Below, one piece after another: positions 6,383-14,594 of a stretch of DNA of 14,594 nt. The notes under the pieces were generated by a model that saw only the letters and a program-made list of their open reading frames with translations, had not been told where the DNA came from and did no database searches. This DNA comes from Nanobdellota archaeon (lineage in GTDB: Archaea; Aenigmatarchaeota; Aenigmatarchaeia; QMZP01), in assembly GCA_043814765.1 (NCBI GenBank), contig JBDRJQ010000013.1, forward strand, positions 1 through 14,594, read 5' to 3'. Each line of letters opens with the position of its first letter. Positions within the stretch are counted from its first letter, which is position 1. A program made the translations under genes and the position numbers.

Positions 6383-7366
6383 ATGAGAAGAAAAGTCATC
6401 AAACAAGGGCATAACACGTTAACAGTGACTTTACCGAGCAAGTGGGCAAATAATTATGGGATAAAGCCTGGTGATGAGATAGATGTTACCGAGCAAGAGA
6501 AGTCTCTTATTATTTCTACAGACAATGGTCTGGATATTTCCAAGACTGTAGTTGATATTTCAGGCTTGACAAAGCCTATTGCTATATGGAGGTTTATTTC
6601 ATCAGCATACAGATCAGGCTATGATGAAATAATGGTAACAGGAATTGAGCCTGGCCACAAAAAGCTTTACACACCATTCACATTCAATACGCTCAGTTAT
6701 ATGAGACCTGAAGACATGGAAACAATGAGTCCGATTGAAACCATAAGCGCATGTGTCAATAGGTTGATCGGTGTAGAGATAGTAGAACAGAAAGGAAACT
6801 ACTGCCTAATTAAAGAGTTAAGCGAAACGAGCTATAAGGAGTTTGACAGCGCCATGAGAAGAATATTCCTTCTTCTAAAAACAGAAGCTGAAAACATATC
6901 AAACGGTCTTGAAGGCAACAAGGAAGACCTTAAGGCCATTCATATAATAGACACGAATTTGGACAGGTTTGAAGATTTCTGCATAAGGGTGCTGAACAGG
7001 AAGGGCTACGAGGTTTTCAGAAAGACACCGACTGTTTACTCTTCTGTACTGATATTCGAAATGATAGGCGACGAATTCAAGAAAATAGCAAGGCACGTAC
7101 TTGATATGAAGAAAAAACATTCTTCTGCAATAAAAGAACTGTTCAAAATACAGTCAGACCAATTGAACCGTTATCATAAGCTTTTCATTAAATTCAACAA
7201 GCCGCTGACCCAAGAGATATACCAGGAAGATGAAAATGGCACCAAAAAAATAAAAGAGCTTTATAACGAACTGAATGATGAGGAAAAGGAATTGCTGCAC
7301 CATTTCAAGAAAGTAGGAATATACATACTTTCGTTAACTGAACTTAGAATAGACCTAGAGTTTTAA
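6383..7366 (+). CDS. phoU: Archaeal PhoU-family phosphate uptake regulator with N-terminal AbrB/MazE-type DNA-binding domain
   Basis: N-terminus RRKVIKQGHNTLTVTLPSKWANNYGIKPGDEI (AbrB-like), SAYRSGYDEI, LIGVEIVEQ, PhoU-like helices DTNLDRF and EMIGD. Stop overlaps the convergent kinase stop by 4 nt. Confidence 0.85.
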   Translation: MRRKVIKQGHNTLTVTLPSKWANNYGIKPGDEIDVTEQEKSLIISTDNGLDISKTVVDISGLTKPIAIWRFISSAYRSGYDEIMVTGIEPGHKKLYTPFTFNTLSYMRPEDMETMSPIETISACVNRLIGVEIVEQKGNYCLIKELSETSYKEFDSAMRRIFLLLKTEAENISNGLEGNKEDLKAIHIIDTNLDRFEDFCIRVLNRKGYEVFRKTPTVYSSVLIFEMIGDEFKKIARHVLDMKKKHSSAIKELFKIQSDQLNRYHKLFIKFNKPLTQEIYQEDENGTKKIKELYNELNDEEKELLHHFKKVGIYILSLTELRIDLEF

Positions 7367-8265
7367 TCATGCTTGCTTAGAAAGTCATCAACCTCTTTTT
7401 TTGTTGGCAAAGCTGGCATTGCTCCTTTTTTAGTAGTTGATAGGGCCGCGACAGCGCTAGCGAAATGCACTGAATCACTGTCGTCTTTACTGTTGAGCAG
7501 GCTGCAGATAAACCCTGCAGCAAAGGCATCACCAGCACCAGTAGTGTCAATAGCATCAACTGGAAAAGCATAGTGCTCTATTGTTTTTCCGTCAATTCCG
7601 TCATGGTTTAAGTAAAGAATGCAGCCGTTTTCTCCTCTTGTTATGGCAATCTTTTTTATGCTATATTCTCTGCTAACTTGTTCCATTGTCCTTGAGCCAA
7701 ACATGTATTTGAATTCGCTCTCAGAGGATATCAGCACGTCTACAAACTCTAAAGCCCTGTACAAGTGTTTGTTTAGATTATTGCCCCACAAATCGCTGCG
7801 GATATTTGGGCTGAATGAAACCAAAGCGCCATGCATCCTAGCGGTATTCAAGCAGCTGAATAATGTGTTTCTTATTGTTTCATCTGTTAGCGATAATGAA
7901 CCGAAATGGAAAGCGGATGCATTTATGAAGGCCCTTTCATCAATGTCATTGTCTTTTATATCAAGATCAGCATCTCTATAGAATATAAATTTTGGCACGC
8001 CCCTTTTTAATTCAACAAATGCCAGACTTGTTTTACCTTCGCTCCTTTTAACATTCTTGACATCAACATTTTCATTTTTAAGGGTATCTACGAGCATATC
8101 ACCAAAAAAATCCTTACCAACAGAAGCTATCAGTTTTGACCTAAAGCCCAATCTTGCAAGCGCCACGCTGAAATTTGCAGGCGCCCCGCCAGGATAAGGA
8201 TGAAACCTGTCCTCGCCGTCGTTCTTTATCATGTCTACTAATAATTCACCAAAACTAATCAGCAT
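7363..8265 (-). CDS. PfkB/ribokinase-family carbohydrate kinase (fructokinase-like)
   Basis: FGELLVD, GGAPANFSVALARLG, VGKDFFG, FHFGSLSL, ITRGENG, DTTGAGDAFAAG. Start moved to ATG 8265 (SD GGAG upstream; overlaps the HAD gene end). Confidence 0.93.
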   Translation of the reverse strand: MLISFGELLVDMIKNDGEDRFHPYPGGAPANFSVALARLGFRSKLIASVGKDFFGDMLVDTLKNENVDVKNVKRSEGKTSLAFVELKRGVPKFIFYRDADLDIKDNDIDERAFINASAFHFGSLSLTDETIRNTLFSCLNTARMHGALVSFSPNIRSDLWGNNLNKHLYRALEFVDVLISSESEFKYMFGSRTMEQVSREYSIKKIAITRGENGCILYLNHDGIDGKTIEHYAFPVDAIDTTGAGDAFAAGFICSLLNSKDDSDSVHFASAVAALSTTKKGAMPALPTKKEVDDFLSKHD

Positions 8266-8971
8266 GCGCAACAACTCCTAAGCTTAAATATTCTCTAGCC
8301 GCGCTCACAACGTTATGCCAGTCTGCATCTCCTGGCAAATTTATCATTCCTTCAATTCTATCTCCAATAGCAATAGTCAGCCCTCCGCCATCACTAACGT
8401 ACTCGAACATTTTTTCGTCACCAGAACTGTCCCCTACCCCAATCTTACAGACGTCTCCGTTCATGAACTGTGCAACTTCTTCTATTCTGCGAGGCTTGCT
8501 TTCTCTTCCGCATGGTTTTTTTATCTTAATGTAATTACCATTTTCGTCTGGGTGTAATGTGGTTCCAACAACATCAAAGTTGATGTTTGGGAAATTATGC
8601 ATATAGAAGTTCATCAACCAATCCTGAGGACCGGCAGAAAACATTATTTTCCTTCCAGTTTCCGGATTCTTAAGAAATTCAGAAAACCCGTCTCTTAAGG
8701 AGTTTCTAGCATTTCTGCCACTTTCTCTTACAATATCCTGATTAACACCATGATATGCCAGCAGCATAGCCAGTTCGAGTCCTTCCTCATAGCTATCGCC
8801 ACGAAGAATCTCATTTCTATAATCAGCATCGCTTCTTATTCTTATGACCTCTTCCCAGAAGTCTTCAGCAGAATCTATGCCAGGCAGCATTTGACATAAA
8901 TAGTCTCGGCCTATATCACCCTTGGAAGCAGTCCCATCATGATCTATGCACCATAAATATGACATAATCAT
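8255..8971 (-). CDS. HAD-superfamily hydrolase (probable phosphatase, IB/PSP-like cap)
   Basis: Motif I IDHDGT, motif II FSAG, motif III Lys (ESKP), motif IV GDSSGD. Start is probably ATG 8971 or 8965 rather than 9040, since motif I normally lies near the N-terminus. Confidence 0.82.
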   Translation of the reverse strand: MIMSYLWCIDHDGTASKGDIGRDYLCQMLPGIDSAEDFWEEVIRIRSDADYRNEILRGDSYEEGLELAMLLAYHGVNQDIVRESGRNARNSLRDGFSEFLKNPETGRKIMFSAGPQDWLMNFYMHNFPNINFDVVGTTLHPDENGNYIKIKKPCGRESKPRRIEEVAQFMNGDVCKIGVGDSSGDEKMFEYVSDGGGLTIAIGDRIEGMINLPGDADWHNVVSAAREYLSLGVVAHAD

Positions 8972-9055
8972 ATTTAATTCAGCTCTTTTAAGTATTTTAC
9001 GCATATAAAATATATTCGGGTATATTCTAAAAACAGTCAAATCATTGCAATATAT

Positions 9056-10024
9056 TCAAATCCATTTTATATCAACTTCGTCTGTTCGCTGTCTGGGCAG
9101 AAGTTCAACTTTAGTTTTCTGCTTATGTTTGTGCATCAAAACGCCAGTCCAAGCAATCATTGTGCCATTGTCGCCTGCGAGTTCATGTGGAACAACATAG
9201 AATTTAGCGCCGCGCTCCTTGCACATTATGCTTAACATTTCTTGCAAACGTTTGTTTACAGCAACACCGCCTGTCAAAAGAACTTCCTTTTTCTCAGTGT
9301 GCGCAACAGCTCTTTCTGTCACTTCAGTAAGCATTGCAAACAAGGTTTCCTGTAAAGAGAAAGCTGTGTCTTTCAGTCCATGCTTCTCTTTTTTCCTTAT
9401 AGCATCAGTAACAATGCCCGAAAAGGCAAGATCCATGCCTTTTACAGTGTAAGGCAGTTCTACCCATTTACCGCCCTGGGCTTCTTTTTCTATCCTAGGC
9501 CCGGCAGGAAAACCAATACCCACTGCTCGGCCAAATTTATCCAGAGCATTGCCTATGCCAATATCCATTGATTCACCAAAGCAACGATAGCGGCCATCCA
9601 CATAAGCAAGTATCTGTGTATTGCCGCCACTAACATAGAGCGTAACAGGATCTTTGGCTTTGGTAGAAACCTTTCCAATCTCTATATGAGCAACACAGTG
9701 ATTTACACCGTACAAAGGTTTTTTGTTTTCCTTTGCAAGTTTCTTTGCAAAATCAAAACCTGCGTATAATGCAGGCGCCAGACCAGGCCCCTGTGAGAAT
9801 GACATGATATCAATATCTTCCATGGTTTTTTTGGCATCTGAAAGCGCTTTTTTCAAAATTTGGCCTGCAACCTCTTTATGATGATCCGATGCCTTGGATG
9901 GCTCAATACCCCATCCTTCTGGAGGCTTGTAAGTATCAGTAACATTGGCGAGAATTCTGCCTTTATCGTCAATTATGCCAATGCCAAATGTGTGCGCTGT
10001 TGATTCAATACCAAGCGATAACAT
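9056..10024 (-). CDS. kae1: tRNA N6-threonylcarbamoyladenosine synthesis protein Kae1 (KEOPS), not fused to Bud32
   Basis: LGIESTAHTFG, FSQGPGL, NHCVAHIEIG (metal-binding HxxxH), LYVSGGNTQ, IGNALDKFGR, LPYTVKGMD, GDNGTMIAW, QRTDEV. Confidence 0.97.
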   Translation of the reverse strand: MLSLGIESTAHTFGIGIIDDKGRILANVTDTYKPPEGWGIEPSKASDHHKEVAGQILKKALSDAKKTMEDIDIMSFSQGPGLAPALYAGFDFAKKLAKENKKPLYGVNHCVAHIEIGKVSTKAKDPVTLYVSGGNTQILAYVDGRYRCFGESMDIGIGNALDKFGRAVGIGFPAGPRIEKEAQGGKWVELPYTVKGMDLAFSGIVTDAIRKKEKHGLKDTAFSLQETLFAMLTEVTERAVAHTEKKEVLLTGGVAVNKRLQEMLSIMCKERGAKFYVVPHELAGDNGTMIAWTGVLMHKHKQKTKVELLPRQRTDEVDIKWI

Positions 10025-10084
10025 AATATATTCTTCCCTTCAAGAGGTTAAAAGTTTATAAGGAAGCATTATCTTCACTATGAT

Positions 10085-10363
10085 ATGGCAAAAGCAGTGT
10101 ATTTTCTGGTTCCTAGAGCTAACGGTTTTGATAGCATAGGCCATACAGCGGCAAGGATTATATGCAACTATAGTGATAACGGATTCGGTTTAGATGAAAT
10201 ATGTGATGTAACAAAAATAAATCCTGTAATAATAGATTACGTAATAGAGAACAAAAAACGTATAAGTGCAATTGTATCAAACCTGGAACATGATGATGAA
10301 AGTTCTTATAACAGCGAAAATTTAGAAGCTGGAAAAACCCCAGAGCATTACATATGTATATAA
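10085..10363 (+). CDS. Hypothetical protein, possible HTH
   Basis: 92-aa ORF filling the gap between kae1 and the purF-like gene, with TTTATAA about 25 nt upstream. GLDEICDVTKINPVIIDYVI resembles an HTH. Confidence 0.55.
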   Translation: MAKAVYFLVPRANGFDSIGHTAARIICNYSDNGFGLDEICDVTKINPVIIDYVIENKKRISAIVSNLEHDDESSYNSENLEAGKTPEHYICI

Positions 10364-10396
10364 AATTTTGACACCATAAAGTAAGAGTGAGTTTTT

Positions 10397-11725
10397 ATGG
10401 GGATAGCTGCAATTAATCATAAAGAGGAAAATGTTTTGTCTTATTTGAATGATGCTCTTTACCAAATAAATCATACAGGACAAGAGCATTGCGGAATTGC
10501 TGTTTACCAGCCATTGTTCTATGATGACAACAAAAATATTGTAAGATTATCAGAAAACGGGCTTGTTAAGGAACTTAAAATACCCGAAAACCTAGAAAGT
10601 TATTTCGGTATTGGTGCTGTATCTAAAAGCAGGGATCATCAACCAATTTATTTTGAAAATAGCCCGCTAGGTGAATTTTCAATCGTGTTTGATGGTTACA
10701 TAAGAAACAGAGAGCAGATAAAAAAGGATCTTGGAATGGGTCTTCTTTTCGGAACAGATGCTGAAATAGCCGGCCAATTAATTGCTAAGGGAGACAGCTT
10801 TCCGGACGGTATTACAAGAATGTCAGAAGAAATTGACGGCTGTTACTGTTTATGTACAATATCAGAAGAGGGTGTTCACGCGGCAAGAGATCCTACAGCA
10901 ATGAAACCATTATTAATGGGGCAAGGTAAAAGAGGATTTGGTATAATTTCAGATTCCAGGGCGTTCAGAAAAATAGGAATGTATCCTACCAGAGATTTTG
11001 AACCAGGAGAAATAGTTCAAATGGATAAATACGGAATTAGAAAAATAAAGATGCTTCCAAGCAAGGAAATAAAGCATTGCTCGTTTTTGTGGGGATATTA
11101 TGGCTGGGTAGATTCTGTTTTGGATGGAATTCCCGTGGTTCTTGCTAGAGAAAACGCAGTTAGAGGAGTTGCAGAAAGAGACCGTGAAGCTGGCATAAAA
11201 ATAGATCTTGTATCAGCAATAGAAGATTCAGGTAAAGCATACGGTGAAGGCTATGCAGAGATTATCGGTGTTCCTTACAAAAGCACGGTTATAAAATATC
11301 CATATTATCCGAGAAGTTATGATACAGCCAAACCCAGAAGGAGAAGCGTAGCTCACGGCAAAGTTTCAACTGTAGATCCTAGACTCGAGGGTAAATCGGT
11401 TGTTCTATGGGATGATTCTCTTAGAAGAGGCACTGTTATGAGAGAAATGATTGATCTTATAAGGAAAAGCGGAGTTGCTGAAATACATTTAAGATTTGGA
11501 ACAGGCAGGAACACAAGTTTTTGCACTTATGATGATAGGGACCAATCCGATGATGTTCTCCCGGCCAACAGATATTCAACAGATAAAGAGTTAGCTGAGC
11601 ATTTTGGTGTCGATACTTTGGGGTTTGTTACAACACAAGAGTTTGCACAGGGAATCTTAGAAGCACAAAGAATGGTTGGTGGAGATAAAATCAAACTAGA
11701 AGATTTGTGCCTGGACTGCTATTAA
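10397..11725 (+). CDS. purF: Amidophosphoribosyltransferase-like protein (PurF family) lacking N-terminal Cys
   Basis: Ntn-like N-terminal domain (NHTGQEHCGI, HQPI, TDAEI, ARDP...KPL, EPGEIV), PRTase domain (DSG, VVLWDDSLRRGT PRPP loop, GVAEIHLR), C-terminal LCLDC. Confidence 0.85.
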   Translation: MGIAAINHKEENVLSYLNDALYQINHTGQEHCGIAVYQPLFYDDNKNIVRLSENGLVKELKIPENLESYFGIGAVSKSRDHQPIYFENSPLGEFSIVFDGYIRNREQIKKDLGMGLLFGTDAEIAGQLIAKGDSFPDGITRMSEEIDGCYCLCTISEEGVHAARDPTAMKPLLMGQGKRGFGIISDSRAFRKIGMYPTRDFEPGEIVQMDKYGIRKIKMLPSKEIKHCSFLWGYYGWVDSVLDGIPVVLARENAVRGVAERDREAGIKIDLVSAIEDSGKAYGEGYAEIIGVPYKSTVIKYPYYPRSYDTAKPRRRSVAHGKVSTVDPRLEGKSVVLWDDSLRRGTVMREMIDLIRKSGVAEIHLRFGTGRNTSFCTYDDRDQSDDVLPANRYSTDKELAEHFGVDTLGFVTTQEFAQGILEAQRMVGGDKIKLEDLCLDCY

Positions 11726-11854
11726 TTTTATAAACCCATCATAACAATTACTCAAAGAGTTAATATGAATGGTGAATGTCGGATCCTGGGCTAAAAAAGA
11801 CGTTTTTGTTAATTCTCATAATTTTTATATAATAACAGATAATAGGAGTATATT

Positions 11855-14594
11855 ATGAAGCCATATAGCCCTAACGACGTGGAGAATAGGGTAATTGATT
11901 TTTGGAGTAAGAAGAAGATTTATGAAAAAACCAAGAAAAACCGTGAAGGGGCAAAACGATTTTACTTTGTAGACGGTCCTCCTTATGCCAGCGGTAACAT
12001 TCATGTCGGCACAGCCTTCAACAAGATAATGAAGGATGCTTACACCAGATTCTGGAGAATGCAGGGATTCAATGTTTGGGACCAGCCTGGTTATGACACG
12101 CACGGCACACCTATTGAAGTTAAGGTTGAAAAGGAACTGGGATTCAAGAACAAGAAAGACATTGAAAAATATGGTGTTGATAAATTCATTAAAAAATGCA
12201 GAAGCTACGCAACTCGTTATATTGATACAATGAGCAAGGCTTTTGCCAACATAGGTGTTTGGCAAGACTGGGATAATCCGTATCTTACACTGGATAACAG
12301 GTATATAGAAGGTGCTTGGTTCACATTCAAGCGCGCGTTTGAGAAGGGCTTTTTGTACAAGGGATCTTATCCTGTAACCACATGTTCCAGGTGCGAAACA
12401 GTGCTGGCTTACAACGAAGTTGAGCACAAAACACTCACTGACAAATCCGTTTATGTAAAGTTCCCTGTTAAAGGCAAGGAGAAAACATACCTTGTTATAT
12501 GGACAACGACCCCATGGACACTGCCAGCCAATACAGGAGTTATGGCTCATCCTGACTATGATTACGCCTATGTTAAAGTGGGCGATGAAACTCTGATAAT
12601 GGCAGCAGATATTGTAGAAAGAATCATGACAGAGGTTATTGAAACAGGAAACTATAATGTTGTTAAAAAGGTTAAGGGCAAAGACCTTGAGCATATGCAT
12701 TATGATCACCCGTTAAAGGATCTTGTTCCTGCGCTGCAGAAAGTTCAAAATGCGCATAGAGTTGTGCTCTCAGCACGCTATGTTAACCTTGAATCTGGCA
12801 CTGGTCTGGTTCATACTGCACCAGGTCACGGCACAGAAGATTTTGTTGTGGGAAAAGAGACTGGTCTGCCTGCAATATCTCCTGTAAGAATAGACGGTAC
12901 ATTCACGCCAGAAGCAGGAAAGTGGCTTGAAGGCAAATACACAAAAGACATGGACTGGGTAATTATTGAAAAACTGAGAGAAAGAGGGGTTTTGATTGCA
13001 ACAGAAGATGTTGCACACGAGTATCCGATATGCTGGAGATGCAAGACTCCTTTGCTGTTCATAAATGTTCCACAATGGTTCTTCAAGGTAGAGCACATAA
13101 AAAAGGATCTTCTCAATGAGAATAAAAAAATCAACTGGAATCCTCCATGGGCAGGACAGAGATTTAATGACTGGCTAGAGAATATTGGCGACTGGCCTGT
13201 TTCAAGGCAGAGATACTGGGGCATTCCATTGCCTATATGGGAATGCTCATGCGGTCATATTGAAGTCATTGGTTCGTGGGAAGAGCTGAAAAAGAAGGGC
13301 GGGTTGTCTAAAGAAATAGATTTCCACAAACCAGATATTGACAATGTGACCTTGGATTGCCCTAAATGCAAGAAAAAGATAAAGCGCGTGCCTGACGTAC
13401 TGGATGTATGGTTCGATTCTGGAGTTTGCTCATGGGCATCTCTCAATTATCCGCGCGATAAAAAACTGTTTGAAGAGATGTGGCCTACAGATTTCCAGAT
13501 AGAAGGTTCTGACCAGTTCAGGGGATGGTGGAATTCTCAGATGCTAACAAGCTATTTCACTTTTGGAAAGGCTCCCTACAAAAATATTCTAATGCATGGC
13601 ATGATTATGGATGCAAAAGGAGTTAAGATGTCCAAGTCTCTGGGCAACATTGTTACACCAGAAGACGTTATTGAGAAATACGGAAGAGATGCGCTGCGTT
13701 TCTATTTGCTTGGCGGAACACCATGGAACAATTTCTTCTTTAACATGGGAGAAGCCAAGGAAACGCACAGAACATTCAATGTTTACTGGAACACCTACAT
13801 GTTCGTTAAGACCTATGCAAACAGCAAGGTTAAGAAGCCTGTTAAATTCAATCCAGAAGACGGCTGGATACTTAGCAGAATGAACACCTTGATAGAGAAA
13901 TCCGAGTACGCAAAGAATATGAATTTGCATAAGTTTGTCAAGGATATTGAGGATTTCCTTCTGAATGATTTTTCCAGATGGTACATTAAACTAATTCGCG
14001 ACCGCGTTTCGCCTGGCTACAAGGGCAGTGATAGAGCTGCTGCAGAATGGACACTGCAGACAGTGCTAAAGAATCTAACGATTGTGATGTCACCTATAGC
14101 ACCTTACATAGCAGAAGAAATTTACAGTGATGTTTTTGGCGACAAAGAATCTGTGCACATGGAGGACTGGCCCAAGGCAGACAAGCCCAACAAAAAATAT
14201 GAAAATGCAATGGAAGTTGTAAAATCGCTTGTTGAATCAGCCAGCGCTGCAAGGCAAGAGAAGGAAATAAAACTAAGATGGCCTGTATCATGCCTCTACA
14301 TTAAGTCTAAAGGAAAAGAAACAGATGACGCAATAAAGAGATACGAAGACGCTGTAAAGCTCATGGCAAATGTAAAAGCAGTTGAGTTTGTCAACGCACT
14401 TCCAGAAAAGGGAGCAGAGTTTAATGGTGGAACGTTGTGTCTGGGTGATGTTAACATGGAAGATGCAATGATAAGAGATGTCATAAGAAATACCCAAGTT
14501 CTGAGAAAACAAAACAAACTCAATGTTATGGAAAGCATTCACGTTTTCTTCAAGGCCGATAAAGAAACTGAGAAAGTTTTAAATAGCAGGAAAG
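11855..14594 (+). CDS. ileS: Isoleucine--tRNA ligase (archaeal/eukaryotic type), 3' end truncated by the window edge
   Basis: Not in the ORF track because the frame is open to the window end. ATG 11855 follows SD GGAG (11845-11848). Translation MKPYSPNDVENRVIDFW...DGPPYASGNIHVGT (HIGH-like), GYDTHG, WTTTPWTLP, GTGLVH, YPICWRCKTPL, DWPVSRQRYWG, DVWFDSG, EGSDQFRGW, KMSKS at 13625-13639 in the same frame. Confidence 0.97.
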   Translation, partial: MKPYSPNDVENRVIDFWSKKKIYEKTKKNREGAKRFYFVDGPPYASGNIHVGTAFNKIMKDAYTRFWRMQGFNVWDQPGYDTHGTPIEVKVEKELGFKNKKDIEKYGVDKFIKKCRSYATRYIDTMSKAFANIGVWQDWDNPYLTLDNRYIEGAWFTFKRAFEKGFLYKGSYPVTTCSRCETVLAYNEVEHKTLTDKSVYVKFPVKGKEKTYLVIWTTTPWTLPANTGVMAHPDYDYAYVKVGDETLIMAADIVERIMTEVIETGNYNVVKKVKGKDLEHMHYDHPLKDLVPALQKVQNAHRVVLSARYVNLESGTGLVHTAPGHGTEDFVVGKETGLPAISPVRIDGTFTPEAGKWLEGKYTKDMDWVIIEKLRERGVLIATEDVAHEYPICWRCKTPLLFINVPQWFFKVEHIKKDLLNENKKINWNPPWAGQRFNDWLENIGDWPVSRQRYWGIPLPIWECSCGHIEVIGSWEELKKKGGLSKEIDFHKPDIDNVTLDCPKCKKKIKRVPDVLDVWFDSGVCSWASLNYPRDKKLFEEMWPTDFQIEGSDQFRGWWNSQMLTSYFTFGKAPYKNILMHGMIMDAKGVKMSKSLGNIVTPEDVIEKYGRDALRFYLLGGTPWNNFFFNMGEAKETHRTFNVYWNTYMFVKTYANSKVKKPVKFNPEDGWILSRMNTLIEKSEYAKNMNLHKFVKDIEDFLLNDFSRWYIKLIRDRVSPGYKGSDRAAAEWTLQTVLKNLTIVMSPIAPYIAEEIYSDVFGDKESVHMEDWPKADKPNKKYENAMEVVKSLVESASAARQEKEIKLRWPVSCLYIKSKGKETDDAIKRYEDAVKLMANVKAVEFVNALPEKGAEFNGGTLCLGDVNMEDAMIRDVIRNTQVLRKQNKLNVMESIHVFFKADKETEKVLNSRK

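Noticed and set aside
11765..11794. Mini-ORF MNGECRILG resembling a PurF N-terminus (EECGxxG) just downstream of the Cys-less purF
   Set aside because: Nine codons with weak similarity. The PurF first strand is already present (MGIAAI), so chance is the simplest explanation.
11825..14542. Multiple minus-strand and off-frame ORFs in the track, including a 294-aa one
   Set aside because: All are shadows of ileS, which occupies 11855 to the window end on the + strand.
1..14594. CRISPR arrays, IS elements, integrases or provirus at the tRNA
   Set aside because: No regularly spaced repeats, transposase/integrase ORFs or duplicated tRNA 3' end were noticed in the window.

Overview
AT-rich archaeal chromosomal window with compact gene packing, GGAGG/GGTGA Shine-Dalgarno sites and TATA-like boxes. 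Gene content and style suggest a DPANN-type lineage, but that is inference. Housekeeping genes: fen (FEN-1 with PIP box), archaeal-type tpiA, stand-alone kae1, a DJ-1/PfpI protein, an AbrB-PhoU regulator, a PfkB sugar kinase, a HAD hydrolase, a PurF-like protein, and ileS. ileS starts at 11855 and runs off the window end, so it is absent from the ORF track. There is also a membrane-anchored surface protein and several small hypotheticals. The standout non-ORF feature is a tRNA-Gln(UUG) gene at 2093-2339 split into three exons by two bulge-helix-bulge introns: 43 nt at canonical position 37/38 and a highly structured 131-nt intron in the T-loop (59/60). Its 3' end overlaps the stop codon of a convergent gene. 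Also notable: the PurF-like protein lacks the catalytic Cys1 but keeps the PRPP loop and four putative Fe-S cysteines; a beta-barrel protein carries a histone-H1-like Lys/Arg pentapeptide tail; and a possible Ile-rich uORF precedes ileS. No CRISPR array, transposase or integrase was seen.
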